Of a stretch of 64,000 bases of DNA, positions 52,078-62,603 are shown piece by piece. The notes beneath the pieces are model-generated. The model saw only the letters and a list, made by a program, of their open reading frames with translations. It searched no databases and was not told the DNA's origin. Within the stretch, counting starts at the first letter, position 1; every line of letters begins with the position of its first letter. The stretch is from an uncultured Hyphomicrobiales bacterium (GTDB taxonomy: Bacteria; Bacteroidota; Ignavibacteria; Kapaibacteriales; UBA2268). The stretch spans positions 81,037-145,036 of the forward strand of contig CAZEMR010000001.1 in assembly GCA_964513465.1 (NCBI GenBank). The letters are read 5' to 3'. The position numbers and the translations under genes were made by a program.

Positions 52078-52953
52078 CTATTCCTCATTGATTAATTTTT
52101 CGTCTATTTCGATTATATCGCTTCCAATATACTCTGCGGGCCCTTCGAGCACTATCTCTTCGATTGCGTTCGGAATCACTCCGCGGATTTCTATCCGGAG
52201 CGGCTTGCGGGAGGGTGGCACGACTACGGTTGGCAGCCTGGTTTCGCCGGCATTGGCCGATACCAGAGCGGTCGAGATTGCGCCTGTGCCGCAAGCGCCT
52301 GTTTCCGCTTCTACTCCGCGTTCGAAAGTTCTCAAATATATCTTATTTTTATCAACCGGCAAATATAAATTTACGTTAATTCCGCCGGGTTTGAATTTTT
52401 CGAGATGGCGCAATTCAAGGAATAAATCGTCGAGATTTTTGTCATAAAAATTATGCTGACTAATTTCGACTAACAAATCCGCGCGGACGACCAAATGCTG
52501 CGAGGATACGTCCACAAATCCTGCCCGGATATTTTTTCCGGCTGCCTCTATAAAAATTTCCGGTTGGAATTGGACTGGCGACGGCAGATGAAGCCGCACT
52601 CCGCCATTGGTCATCTCGCTGCGGTAGCGCGATCCGGCCATCATGAATTCAACCGTTCCGCGTCGCATCCCAAAGAAATGCTCGTCTGCGGCAAACATCA
52701 CTGCGCAACGGCCGCCATTGCCGCACATCATCTCCGAGCTGCCGTCGGGATTGAAGAATTTTGCTGAAAAATCAGCATTGGATGCGTAATCAATTACCAG
52801 CAGGCCTTCCGTACTGAAATTATTATATTGGTTTTTGCTGCATAAAAAAGGCGCCAGCGCAGACCATTGCCGCGAATTCAGAGAAATTGGCCGGTTGTCC
52901 GCTACTGTGAAAAGATTGCCGGCGCCGGACATATATTTCACTTCTATTTTCAT
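52078..52953 (-). CDS. dapF: Diaminopimelate epimerase
   Basis: GAGN, NPDGS..MCGNGGRC, RTFERGVE.ET.ACGTG. Start chosen at the ATGA overlap with suhB. Confidence 0.95.
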   Translation of the reverse strand: MKIEVKYMSGAGNLFTVADNRPISLNSRQWSALAPFLCSKNQYNNFSTEGLLVIDYASNADFSAKFFNPDGSSEMMCGNGGRCAVMFAADEHFFGMRRGTVEFMMAGSRYRSEMTNGGVRLHLPSPVQFQPEIFIEAAGKNIRAGFVDVSSQHLVVRADLLVEISQHNFYDKNLDDLFLELRHLEKFKPGGINVNLYLPVDKNKIYLRTFERGVEAETGACGTGAISTALVSANAGETRLPTVVVPPSRKPLRIEIRGVIPNAIEEIVLEGPAEYIGSDIIEIDEKLINEE

Positions 52954-53765
52954 AAATTGCATTTTTCCCTGCATTTAATCAACAATTCCTGTAGAGTTCC
53001 GTGGAGGATTCCGTTTGTAGCCAGTATCGAATTGTCGAAAATATGGAAATCATCGCTGTCGTATTGAGTTACCAGGCCTCCGGCCTCGCGGACGATCAGG
53101 GTGCCCGCGGCGACGTCCCAGGGCTTCAGGTCGATCTCCCAGAATCCGTCGAATCTACCGGCGGCTACGTATGCCAGATCGAGGGCTGCGGCTCCGAGCC
53201 TGCGGACTGGAATGCCCCGCTGGATTACTTCGACGAATAGATCGATACAATTGCAGGGGTTTTCGGATGCATTATAGGGGAATCCGGTTACGAGAAAGCT
53301 TCTCGAGAAATCATCGTTATCCGATACTTGCAATTTCTTGCCGTTAAGCGTGGCGCCCTGTCCCCTGCGGGCGACGAACAACTCGCCGCTCAGCGGCTGG
53401 TAGATCAGTCCGTTGAGTAATTCACCATTATATTCGGCGGCAATGCTTATGCAAAAAATCGGAATTCCGTGTGCGTAATTTACCGTTCCGTCGAGCGGAT
53501 CGATTACCCATCGCACGGTTTCTTCTGATTCTTTGCCAGAAATGCCGCTTTCCTCGGCAAGAAATTTATGGTCGGGGAATTCGCGTTTTATATAGTCGAT
53601 AATAATTTCTTCGGAGCGGTGGTCGTATTCGGTTACCAGATTATTGCGCCCTTCTTTGCTGCCAATTTCGAAAGCAGTACCGAATCCTTTCTTCAATTCG
53701 TCTCCGGCGCGTAAAGCGGCGGCAAGGGCAATATCTGCGAATTTTTCAATATCTGTGGTCTTCAT
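52950..53765 (-). CDS. suhB: Inositol monophosphatase family protein
   Basis: WVIDPLDGT.NY, RRLGAAALDL, WDVAAG. Confidence 0.92.
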   Translation of the reverse strand: MKTTDIEKFADIALAAALRAGDELKKGFGTAFEIGSKEGRNNLVTEYDHRSEEIIIDYIKREFPDHKFLAEESGISGKESEETVRWVIDPLDGTVNYAHGIPIFCISIAAEYNGELLNGLIYQPLSGELFVARRGQGATLNGKKLQVSDNDDFSRSFLVTGFPYNASENPCNCIDLFVEVIQRGIPVRRLGAAALDLAYVAAGRFDGFWEIDLKPWDVAAGTLIVREAGGLVTQYDSDDFHIFDNSILATNGILHGTLQELLIKCREKCNL

Positions 53766-53915
53766 TTAAATAAATATCCGGTAAGTTTATGAACAAATAT
53801 TACAAAGATAAAAAATCGGAGTGGATGTTTAAGACAGAATAACAACAATTTTTTATTATGTTTGTAGTCTTAAACACGAAATCAAATGTGGAATTATTTT
53901 TAAAATCCTATATTA

Positions 53916-55565
53916 ATGCTAAAAACCCCCACTTTGAAAACCGCGGCACTTCAATTAATATTGATGGCTGTTTTGCTTGTAATTGTCTCTGGCAGTGCTT
54001 TTTCTCAATTGGATTATTACCACATGAGTAACAGCCAGGATACTCTTGCCTACGAAACTGCCAAGCGTAATACCAAAGAAGCAACCGGCCTGCTCGAAAA
54101 AGAAATCGACCCGGAAAAATATATATTGGGACCCCGCGACGAAATCGCTATCTCTATTATGACCGCTAAACCTGTCGAAATCACCGAAGTGATCTCGCCC
54201 GAAGGTAAATTAATTATCAAAGGTGTGGGAATTGTCGACCTGAAAAACAAATCCCTCAAAGAAGCATACGAAATTATTCGCGAAAAAATCCGCAGAGTAT
54301 ATAAAACCGAAGAAATATTTATTGCGCTCAATGATTTGCGCATGTTCAAAGTATCAATAAGCGGTGCGCTATCGAGGCCTATGATTCTGCCTGCCACCGC
54401 AGTGGACAGGGTTTCCGAAGTGATCGACCGCGCGGGCGGGATGTCGCCGGATGCCTCGCTTCGAAACATCAGGCTTAAAAGGCCGGCATCAGGCAGAAAT
54501 TATTACGTCGATCTATTGAGGTATTATTTGCTTGGCGAGACGGAAGCCAATCCTTTTGTACTCGGCGGCGATCATATAGTAATTCCGCCGTCCAGCGATA
54601 AAAAACTTGTTGCGATATACGGCGAGGTTTATTCCCCGTCGCCTTATGAGTTTATCGAGGGGGATTCGCTTTCAACAATAGTCAGGTTCAGTCAGGGATT
54701 CCTGCCATCGGCATTTCTCGATTCGGTCGAGGTGGTCCGGACAATCGAGAACAACACCGATCTGGATCATCAGTATCTTGATCTGAGCGACTGGCCCGAA
54801 ATGATCAAAAATGGCAAGATCAATCTGCCCAACGACATGCCGCTTACCAATGGCGACCGGGTATTTGTCCGCAAGCAAAAGAACTGGACAAAGACGAGAT
54901 ATGCCGTTATCAAAGGCGAAGTAGTATATCCCGGCAAATATGCAATAGACGAAAAAAACATCCACGTGCGCGACCTGATTAATAAAGCCGGCGGATTCAC
55001 TCCTGAAGCATCGCTCGAAGCATCCGAATTTGTACGGCAGGCCGAATTCGAAAGAAAAGACAAGGAAATGGAAAGACTATCCAATATGTCATATTCCGAA
55101 ATGTCTGAAAGCGAAAGGAAATATTACCAGGCCCGGGTACGAGAAAAACGCGGTGCAATGGCAATCAATTTCCGGGCAATTATGACCGATCCGAATTCCG
55201 AGGATAATATTCTTTTGATCAATCAGGATTCGATCGTTGTGCCCAAAAAGAAAGATTATGTCAACGTCCAGGGGCGGGTCAATAATCCCGGCAATATCAA
55301 ATATGTCGAAGGATTTACTTATCTTGATTATATAAATTCCGCGGGTGGATTCGGCTATCGTGCCGACGAAGGCGAAACGCTTGTGGCAAAATCCAAAGGC
55401 GAGCTGTTTTTGGCCGAAGACCACAATTATACGATCGAACCCGGCGATGTAATACTGGTGCCGCCCGTCAGCGAGCGGGACGTCTGGACCGGAATAACCC
55501 AGGCGCTGACTGTAACCTCGCAGGTGGTAGCGCTTGCGGGTGTGTTTCTGGCGATTTTCCGATAA
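53916..55565 (+). CDS. Polysaccharide export protein (Wza/KpsD-like, multiple SLBB domains)
   Basis: Signal peptide, YILGP.D, repeated V.GEV..PG.Y...AGG SLBB units, C-terminal helix. Confidence 0.88.
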   Translation: MLKTPTLKTAALQLILMAVLLVIVSGSAFSQLDYYHMSNSQDTLAYETAKRNTKEATGLLEKEIDPEKYILGPRDEIAISIMTAKPVEITEVISPEGKLIIKGVGIVDLKNKSLKEAYEIIREKIRRVYKTEEIFIALNDLRMFKVSISGALSRPMILPATAVDRVSEVIDRAGGMSPDASLRNIRLKRPASGRNYYVDLLRYYLLGETEANPFVLGGDHIVIPPSSDKKLVAIYGEVYSPSPYEFIEGDSLSTIVRFSQGFLPSAFLDSVEVVRTIENNTDLDHQYLDLSDWPEMIKNGKINLPNDMPLTNGDRVFVRKQKNWTKTRYAVIKGEVVYPGKYAIDEKNIHVRDLINKAGGFTPEASLEASEFVRQAEFERKDKEMERLSNMSYSEMSESERKYYQARVREKRGAMAINFRAIMTDPNSEDNILLINQDSIVVPKKKDYVNVQGRVNNPGNIKYVEGFTYLDYINSAGGFGYRADEGETLVAKSKGELFLAEDHNYTIEPGDVILVPPVSERDVWTGITQALTVTSQVVALAGVFLAIFR

Positions 55566-55597
55566 CGTAACTGATCTTAAAATTATATATATATAAG

Positions 55598-56779
55598 ATG
55601 CAAGAGCGCAAAGAATTTTCATTCAAAACGATATTAGATTTGCTCAGACTTCATAAAATGAGTCTGATTGCTTTCGTAGGCATTTTTATGGCGCTGCTGA
55701 TGGCTTATTCGCTGATAATGCCACAGACCTATAGCTCCACAGCCACAATGCTTCCGCCCAGCGAATCTGGCGGCGGAGGCGGCCTTTCCGGATTTCTCAG
55801 CAGTATGGCCGGCGGCGGGATTACACTCGGCGACTTCGGCAAATCCGGCGAAGTAAAGATATATGCCGATATAATTAAAAGTCGCTCGGTGGCGGAATAT
55901 ATCGACAGCGAACTCGGCCTTCGCAAATTATTCGACGCCGAAGATATTAACGAGGCCCAGTTCCTCGAGCTTATTCGCGGAATGATAAGCGTAGACATCG
56001 AAAACAGCGGCATGGTGCTCATCAGCGCCAGCCATACCACGCCATATTTCGCAACCGATAAGGAAATCAAGCAGGCCAAGGAGCTTTCAGCGAATATTGC
56101 AAATCATGCGATAAAAGGGCTTGACGAAGTGCTCCGCAATAAAAATGTATCCACCGCCCGCAAAACCCGCGAATATATTCAGAGAGAGCTTGCGAAATAC
56201 GAAACGCAACTCGACTCGGTCGAAAACGAAATGCAGGAATTTCAGCAAAACAACAAAGTGCTGGCAATCGATGAACAAACCTCGGCTATTGTATCGCAGG
56301 CAATCAAAATCGGCAACGAGCTTGCGATCGCCCGAATTGACTACAACCTTGCCCGCCAGGAATTCGAACCCGGCTCAACAAAGTTGCAGTCGCTTCGCAA
56401 AAAAATGGAATACCTCGAAGAGCAATACAATCAAATACAATCCGGAGGCATATCCAGCGATGAGTTCTCAATACCCCTCGGCGAATTGCCAGCAATCGCT
56501 CGCAGATATGCCGATCTGATGCGCGAACGCGAAATACTCGAGCAGGTGATATTATACCTCGAAACTCAGCGGCACCAGGAAGGTATCCAGGAGGAGAAGG
56601 ACGTACCGGTAGTCGAGGTGCTCGACGAAGCCGTACCCAACGATACCCGCGATGCACCCCGGCGTAAAAATATGGCAATAATCGGATTTCTTCTCAGCTC
56701 TCTGCTTGCTATTACTGCTGTGATCGGATATGCTTTCTGGCGCGGACGCATCTATTTTGCCAAAGCCAACAGTGAGTAG
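55598..56779 (+). CDS. Polysaccharide co-polymerase / chain-length determinant (Wzz/GumC-like, no kinase domain)
   Basis: Two TMs flanking a coiled coil; P..YSS.A...P and VLD.A.P....P motifs. Confidence 0.88.
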   Translation: MQERKEFSFKTILDLLRLHKMSLIAFVGIFMALLMAYSLIMPQTYSSTATMLPPSESGGGGGLSGFLSSMAGGGITLGDFGKSGEVKIYADIIKSRSVAEYIDSELGLRKLFDAEDINEAQFLELIRGMISVDIENSGMVLISASHTTPYFATDKEIKQAKELSANIANHAIKGLDEVLRNKNVSTARKTREYIQRELAKYETQLDSVENEMQEFQQNNKVLAIDEQTSAIVSQAIKIGNELAIARIDYNLARQEFEPGSTKLQSLRKKMEYLEEQYNQIQSGGISSDEFSIPLGELPAIARRYADLMREREILEQVILYLETQRHQEGIQEEKDVPVVEVLDEAVPNDTRDAPRRKNMAIIGFLLSSLLAITAVIGYAFWRGRIYFAKANSE

Positions 56780-57033
56780 TAACTGAAATATTGAGACTGA
56801 GATTCGGTATGTTCCCGCTTTAAGATTTACCTTTACTGCTTCGGACACACGGCTTTATGTTTTAAGTTCTGTGCTTCTGGCAGACGATAAGCGAAAGAAT
56901 ATGCTCGGACACATGGCGTCGGGATTGTGGATTGGCACTGCGGCGATAGGATATGTTTTTGCAATATGGAAAGTGATGATTGTCTATACAATTGCCTGAG
57001 TGATTTTCCGGTCCATAAATAGGCATAGCCAAT

Positions 57034-58761
57034 TCAGCCGATTTCACTGGCTTTGCTAATCAGCTCGCTTGCGCTTTTGAGCGCTGCCTCGGATACATTT
57101 TCCCCTGCAATCAACCTTGCAATTTCGCTAGTTTTTTCATTTGCGTTTAGTTTAATTGCGCGGGCAATAGTTCTGCCATTTGATTCCTGTTTGATTACAT
57201 TGAAATTGAGGTCGCCCATTGCGGCAATTTGTGGCAAATGCGTAATAGCGATTATTTGTGTATTCAGCGAAAGTTTTTTAATAGCAACACCTGTTTTCTG
57301 CGCAATCCGGCCGCTGATTCCGGTGTCGATTTCGTCGAATACCATAAGCGCCAGATTGTCCTTACCCGCTGTAATCGATTTAATCGCAAGCATTATCCTC
57401 GATATTTCGCCGCCTGATGCCACGCTGCGCAAGGGGAGAGGGGATTCGCCAAGATTGGTCGAAATCATAAATTCCACCCGGTCGATGCCTCCCGAGCCGG
57501 CTTCGAACAGTTTCCCATCGATTTCCGCAAGAGGATGGATATTCGGGTCGTTCCCTCTGAATTCCTTTTGAGAAACTTCGACTCGGAACTTTGAGTCAGG
57601 CATCCCGAGTTCAGCGAGAATTAATTCGATTTTTTGCGAAATTTCTTTCGAAATATGATTTCTTGCCTTGCTCAGCTCACTGGCCGATTTGCCCAACTCT
57701 GATTGTTTGCTGAGAATTGATTTCTCTGATTTTTCGATTTCCGAATCATAATTTTCTATCAGATTGAGTTCATCTTCGATTTGCGAACGGGTTTGAATAA
57801 TCTCGTCGATAGCACCGAATTTTTTCTTCAGGCCCTTCAGCTCGAGCAGCCGCGATCGGATTTTCTCAATGCGCTCGGGGTTGAATTCGATCGAAGAATT
57901 ATAATCTTTTATAAATTTTGAAATTTCATTGACGGCAATTGTCGATGAATTAAGCTCATCGGTATATTCGGAAAATGCCGAATCGATCGAGGCGAGATTT
58001 TCAAGGTTTTCTACCGCAGAGCTGAGCCGGTCGTGTATAGAGCGCTCGCCGACGAATAATTCGGAGTATATATCACTGGTGAGCGAAAATAATTTCTCCG
58101 AATTCTCCCGGATTTTTAATTCCTGCTCAAGTTCAGCGTCCTCGCAGGGTTGGGGATCAACTGCGTTGATTTCGCGGAGTTTGAATCGCAGCAGGTCTTC
58201 TTTTTCGCGAAGGGACCTTTCGCGCCGGGATAAATCCTTGTAACTATTGATTAAATCTGATAGTTCCCGATAATGCTTGTTATAGATATTCAAAAGATCG
58301 TCGTAATAGCCAATGCTGTCAAGTATTTCGATGTGGCTTTCCTGATGGAGTAATGATTGATGCTGGTGCTGTCCATGAAAATCGACCAGCATTTCGCCTA
58401 TACTTTTAACCATGCCCGCCGGCGCAGGTGAATCGTTCACAAATGCGCGGGAATTGCCTTTCGAGGATATTTCGCGGCGAAGTATAAGCTCGCTGCCGAA
58501 TGAATCATATCCCTCGGATTTAATGTATTTATTGATTTCGCCATTCGGATCGAGTGCAAAAATTGCCTCGATCACTGCTTTACTCTCGCCCTGGCGCACG
58601 GAATCGGTCGAGGCGCGCTCGCCTAGAGCCATCATCAGCGCATCGACCATAATTGATTTGCCTGCGCCGGTTTCGCCGGTGATTATGTTCAGCCCCGACG
58701 CGAATTCGACTTCTTCGCGGTCGATTATGGCAAAATTCCTTATCAGCAGTGATTTAAGCAT
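57034..58761 (-). CDS. recN: DNA repair protein RecN
   Basis: TGETGAGKS, HGQH, ASGGEISR, FDEIDTGISG, THLPQ. Confidence 0.97.
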   Translation of the reverse strand: MLKSLLIRNFAIIDREEVEFASGLNIITGETGAGKSIMVDALMMALGERASTDSVRQGESKAVIEAIFALDPNGEINKYIKSEGYDSFGSELILRREISSKGNSRAFVNDSPAPAGMVKSIGEMLVDFHGQHQHQSLLHQESHIEILDSIGYYDDLLNIYNKHYRELSDLINSYKDLSRRERSLREKEDLLRFKLREINAVDPQPCEDAELEQELKIRENSEKLFSLTSDIYSELFVGERSIHDRLSSAVENLENLASIDSAFSEYTDELNSSTIAVNEISKFIKDYNSSIEFNPERIEKIRSRLLELKGLKKKFGAIDEIIQTRSQIEDELNLIENYDSEIEKSEKSILSKQSELGKSASELSKARNHISKEISQKIELILAELGMPDSKFRVEVSQKEFRGNDPNIHPLAEIDGKLFEAGSGGIDRVEFMISTNLGESPLPLRSVASGGEISRIMLAIKSITAGKDNLALMVFDEIDTGISGRIAQKTGVAIKKLSLNTQIIAITHLPQIAAMGDLNFNVIKQESNGRTIARAIKLNANEKTSEIARLIAGENVSEAALKSASELISKASEIG

Positions 58762-58843
58762 ATCTTTGATTTATTTCGGGAATTATTTCAATTTCAAAAT
58801 ACAAATATAATTATAATACTAACGAAAAAGTCCGAACAAAATT

Positions 58844-58876
58844 AAAAAAGCGGATCCGCCGCGTGGCAAATCCGCT
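58844..58876 (-). terminator. Intrinsic terminator after ftsK
   Basis: Minus strand AGCGGATTTGCC-ACGC-GGCGGATCCGCT-TTTTT. Confidence 0.8.
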
Positions 58877-58895
58877 CGATTTATTTTAACTTATT

Positions 58896-61766
58896 TTACA
58901 AAACCGCTTCCAGCTCGGATTCGCTTTCCATTAGTACCTGGCGGGATTTGCTGCCCTCGTTGGGGCCGACGATACCTGCGGCCTCCAACTCGTCCACAAT
59001 TCGGCCTGCGCGGGCATAGCCCACCTTTAGCCGGCGCTGCACGAGCGATACAGACCCCTGCTGGTGGCGGATTATCAGTCGCGCGGCCTCCTCGAACAAA
59101 GGGTCGCGGTCTCCGGCGTCAATTCCGCCGGCGCCGGATTCGTTTTCCTTCAGGCTGGGCAATATGTATGGCGAGGAATATCCATCCTGATCGCCGATAT
59201 ATTCGCAGATACCTTCGACCTCGTCGGTGGTAATGAACGCGTTCTGCAATCGGCTCGGCTTTGGCTGGCCCGACGGCAGAAATAGCATATCGCCATTGCC
59301 GAGTAATTGCTCGGCGCCTGAAGCATCCAGAATCGTCCGCGAGTCCACCTTCGAAGCGACGAGATACGCCGCTCGTGCCGGGAAGTTGGCCTTGATAATT
59401 CCGGTGATTACATCGACCGAGGGCCGCTGAGTGGCGATTATACAGTGGATTCCCACAGCGCGCGCCATCTGCGCCAGCCGGATAATCGGCTCTTCGACCT
59501 CTTTGGACGCCGTCAGCATCAGGTCGGCAAGCTCGTCGATGATGACGACGATATAGGGCATGGGCATTGGCTTGATATCGCCGGTCTGGCGGATTTTTCC
59601 GTCGCGGACTTTCCGGTTGTAGTCTGTGATATTCCGCTGGCCTGCGTCGGCGAGTATATCATATCGCTTCTCCATTTCGAGCACGACGGATTTAAGCAGA
59701 ATTACGGCATCCTTTGGCGAAGTGACGATCGAGTCGTCGATATCCGGCGAAACTGCCAGGAAGTGGTTGCTCAGATGCGAATATTGCTGGAGCTCGACCT
59801 TCTTGGGATCGATTATCGCAAATTTCAGATTGCGCGGGTGCATTTTATACAATAGCGAAATAATGATCGTATTGATACCAACGCTCTTTCCGGCGCCGGT
59901 CGATCCCGCGATCAGCAGATGCGGCATTTTCGCGAGGTCGGCTATGAATACCTCGCCGGAGATTGTCTTACCCAAAGCCAGCGGCAATTTGTGCTTCGAA
60001 TCAAAAAACATATTCGATTTGACGACGCTGGAGAATCGCACAAGCGAGGGATTCTGGTTGGGTATCTCGATGCCGACTGTGCCCTTGCCAGGGATCGGCG
60101 CGATTATTCGTATTCCGCGCGCCTTCAGGGCCATCGCCAGATCGTCGGCCAGGCTTTCGATCTTGCTTATCTTGATGCCCGGCGCGGGGACGAATTCGTA
60201 CTGGGTGACCACCGGCCCGGGCGTTACGCTCAGATTTTCGATAAATATCTTGAATGTCTCGAGCTTTTCCTGTAAAATGCGCGCATTAAGTTCGAGCTCT
60301 TCGTCGTTGACCTCCATTTTTCCGTCATCGTCTCGCAACAGATCTATCGTGGGATATTTATAATCGATCTTTTCCTTATGAATAGCCGTGCTAAGTGGAT
60401 ACTCTGGCACGGTGTCCTCTTTGGGCTTATCCTTTTCCATCACAGTGACTGTCAGTGGATTCTTCGCAGGTTCCGGTTTTTGGACAGGCTGTGGTTCGGG
60501 TTCGGCTGCAGGAGCTGGCTTTGCTGGTTCAGGAACGGCATCCTCGGCGGGGGGATCCTGGGTTATTTCAGATTTATCAGGAGTTGCAATGCTTTCGGGT
60601 TTTGCTGTTTCATTTTTTACGGGTTCCGGAGTAATTTCTTCGGTTTTATTTATGTTCTCATTAAATTCATCTTTTTTAATGTCATCTTCGGGCATATCGA
60701 ATACTTCTGTGCGGGCTGCCTGAGGTGGAGCCTTTTGTTCAGATCGTATTGGATTATCATTTTGTGATGGGGGAGTATACACGTGGCGGTTGATTATTGG
60801 CTGTCCGAATCCGGGGGACTGGCCGGGCTTGCTTCGAATTATTTTCACGAAATCATCTTTTGTTTCATTACGGACAATTTCATTGGTCTGAACTTCGGGT
60901 TCGGACTGCGTTTGCTCTTTCGGTTCGCTTTCGGGAGTTTCGTTGTTGATTTCCTTTTTTTCGATAATCTCAGGCACTTCGTCGGGGATATCTTCGGAAG
61001 TTTTTTCTTTGAATAATCCGGATTTGAGGGATATATAAATTGCATTCAATTTATTTCTCAGGCGGATTTTCATTTCTTTGTAATAAGGCCTGAGACGGAA
61101 AACGGCGTTGTCGACATTAATTTCGGTGCCAAGTATCACGGTGACTAATATACCCGCGGCAAACAGGATAACAGCTCCGATTTCGTTGACCGCTCCGGAG
61201 AGAATATTGGCCATAAACCGGCCCACCGCGCCGCTGAATTCCTTGGGAATATCGAACATCCAGGATACTCGCTGCAAGGTGCCTATAAACGCCGCCACCA
61301 GTGTAGAAATAATCAAATATACATTTGTGCGGCGGAGTAATAGGTCGGGAATTCGTCTGCGAACAAAAAGCTCCTTTGCCCAGACAAACAGGAAGAATGG
61401 AAGTCCGAATATCAAAATCCCGATAGTCGAATTATAAAAGAAATTGGCAATTACCGCGCCGAAAAGGCCCAGCCAGTTATGCGTTGTGTCCACTTTAGCG
61501 CGGATAGCCTCATCCCCTGTGAATATACCGATGAATTCCGAAAAGCTGAGATGGGTATTTAATTCATCTTTCGGAGTATAGGAAACCAACGCTAACAATA
61601 ATAAAAAAGAAAATATTGCAAGCAATACGGCTGTAATCTTGATTTGTTTGTCTTTGCGCGAAATAGCGTCTGGTTTGGACCTGGCGCCGGATTTTGCGGA
61701 TTTATTCGAAGCGGGCTTATCCGGTTTATCGCGTCGGATATTGACCTCGCCGGACGGAGTGTGCAT
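58896..61766 (-). CDS. ftsK: DNA translocase FtsK
   Basis: 4TM N-domain, Pro/Glu-rich linker, GSTGAGKS, DELADLM, ATQRPS, gamma domain. ATG at 61766 follows GAGGGGG. Confidence 0.96.
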   Translation of the reverse strand: MHTPSGEVNIRRDKPDKPASNKSAKSGARSKPDAISRKDKQIKITAVLLAIFSFLLLLALVSYTPKDELNTHLSFSEFIGIFTGDEAIRAKVDTTHNWLGLFGAVIANFFYNSTIGILIFGLPFFLFVWAKELFVRRRIPDLLLRRTNVYLIISTLVAAFIGTLQRVSWMFDIPKEFSGAVGRFMANILSGAVNEIGAVILFAAGILVTVILGTEINVDNAVFRLRPYYKEMKIRLRNKLNAIYISLKSGLFKEKTSEDIPDEVPEIIEKKEINNETPESEPKEQTQSEPEVQTNEIVRNETKDDFVKIIRSKPGQSPGFGQPIINRHVYTPPSQNDNPIRSEQKAPPQAARTEVFDMPEDDIKKDEFNENINKTEEITPEPVKNETAKPESIATPDKSEITQDPPAEDAVPEPAKPAPAAEPEPQPVQKPEPAKNPLTVTVMEKDKPKEDTVPEYPLSTAIHKEKIDYKYPTIDLLRDDDGKMEVNDEELELNARILQEKLETFKIFIENLSVTPGPVVTQYEFVPAPGIKISKIESLADDLAMALKARGIRIIAPIPGKGTVGIEIPNQNPSLVRFSSVVKSNMFFDSKHKLPLALGKTISGEVFIADLAKMPHLLIAGSTGAGKSVGINTIIISLLYKMHPRNLKFAIIDPKKVELQQYSHLSNHFLAVSPDIDDSIVTSPKDAVILLKSVVLEMEKRYDILADAGQRNITDYNRKVRDGKIRQTGDIKPMPMPYIVVIIDELADLMLTASKEVEEPIIRLAQMARAVGIHCIIATQRPSVDVITGIIKANFPARAAYLVASKVDSRTILDASGAEQLLGNGDMLFLPSGQPKPSRLQNAFITTDEVEGICEYIGDQDGYSSPYILPSLKENESGAGGIDAGDRDPLFEEAARLIIRHQQGSVSLVQRRLKVGYARAGRIVDELEAAGIVGPNEGSKSRQVLMESESELEAVL

Positions 61767-61844
61767 GATTTCCCCCTCTTTATGCTGAATATATATAAGC
61801 AAATTTCATAGGCCGGCAGTTTTCCCCCATAGACCGGCCACAGA

Positions 61845-62603
61845 CTAAACTTTTTCCTGCGTTTTGATAGAGCTTCCCGAAATTACAGGTACCACCGGAA
61901 ACAGATTGAAATCGAGCGCCGTATCGATATCCTTTTCAAAGCCAATGCTTTTAAGGAAAATGGCGTGCTCGCGCTGCATCAGGAAATTCGTCAGATCGAC
62001 CGAATGCAGATTGTACAAATTTTTCGCAGCGTCTGCCGTATCGGTCAGCTCGACCTCTTTGTGAGACTGCTTCAGCGAATTAATATATGCGCCGGCGCAG
62101 AGCGTATCCTCATAAGCCATACGACCGTTTGTGCCTGCGCATAAGAATGTGACGTTTATATTCTCGTTATTAATTTCATCATCGAGATAATTCTCGTTCA
62201 TGAAATCCAGCACAGCGGTGATATTAACAAATCCGCCTACGATTCTGACCGCCGCCTGGCGTGCTTTTCCGAATATCTGAGTGCCGTTGCTTGTTGATAT
62301 TATCACCGTTTTATCGGCTACTTTTTCGGCAGTATATTCGTCCGGAGAATTCCCGGCATCGAATCCGTTGGGCTTGACTCCGTTGCGCTCTCCGCCGAGA
62401 AATCGGACTTCCCGGCTGAGACTGCTATAAATCTTAACTGCCTTTTCGGTGGTTTCGCTTGGGATTACTTCTTTTGCTCCGCGATAAATCGCCGCGCATA
62501 CACTCGTGCTGGCGCGAAAAACGTCGATCATTACAACGATATGGTCATTAAACTGATTCTCAGTCTCCGGAAAAAATGGCGTTAAAAAAGCGTCGATTTT
62601 CAT
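61845..62603 (-). CDS. comB: 2-phosphosulfolactate phosphatase (ComB) family protein
   Basis: IDVFRAST, GERNG..P.GFD.GNSP, TSNGT, ED.LCAG. Confidence 0.9.
   Translation of the reverse strand: MKIDAFLTPFFPETENQFNDHIVVMIDVFRASTSVCAAIYRGAKEVIPSETTEKAVKIYSSLSREVRFLGGERNGVKPNGFDAGNSPDEYTAEKVADKTVIISTSNGTQIFGKARQAAVRIVGGFVNITAVLDFMNENYLDDEINNENINVTFLCAGTNGRMAYEDTLCAGAYINSLKQSHKEVELTDTADAAKNLYNLHSVDLTNFLMQREHAIFLKSIGFEKDIDTALDFNLFPVVPVISGSSIKTQEKV

Noticed and set aside
56862-57047. 61-aa - strand ORF downstream of recN, or an ncRNA in this gap
   Set aside because: No motifs, atypical composition, and no recognisable tRNA, 6S, SRP or tmRNA structure.
60380-61000. Pro/Glu/Ala-rich low-complexity repeats
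   Set aside because: Ordinary disordered FtsK linker, not a DNA repeat array.
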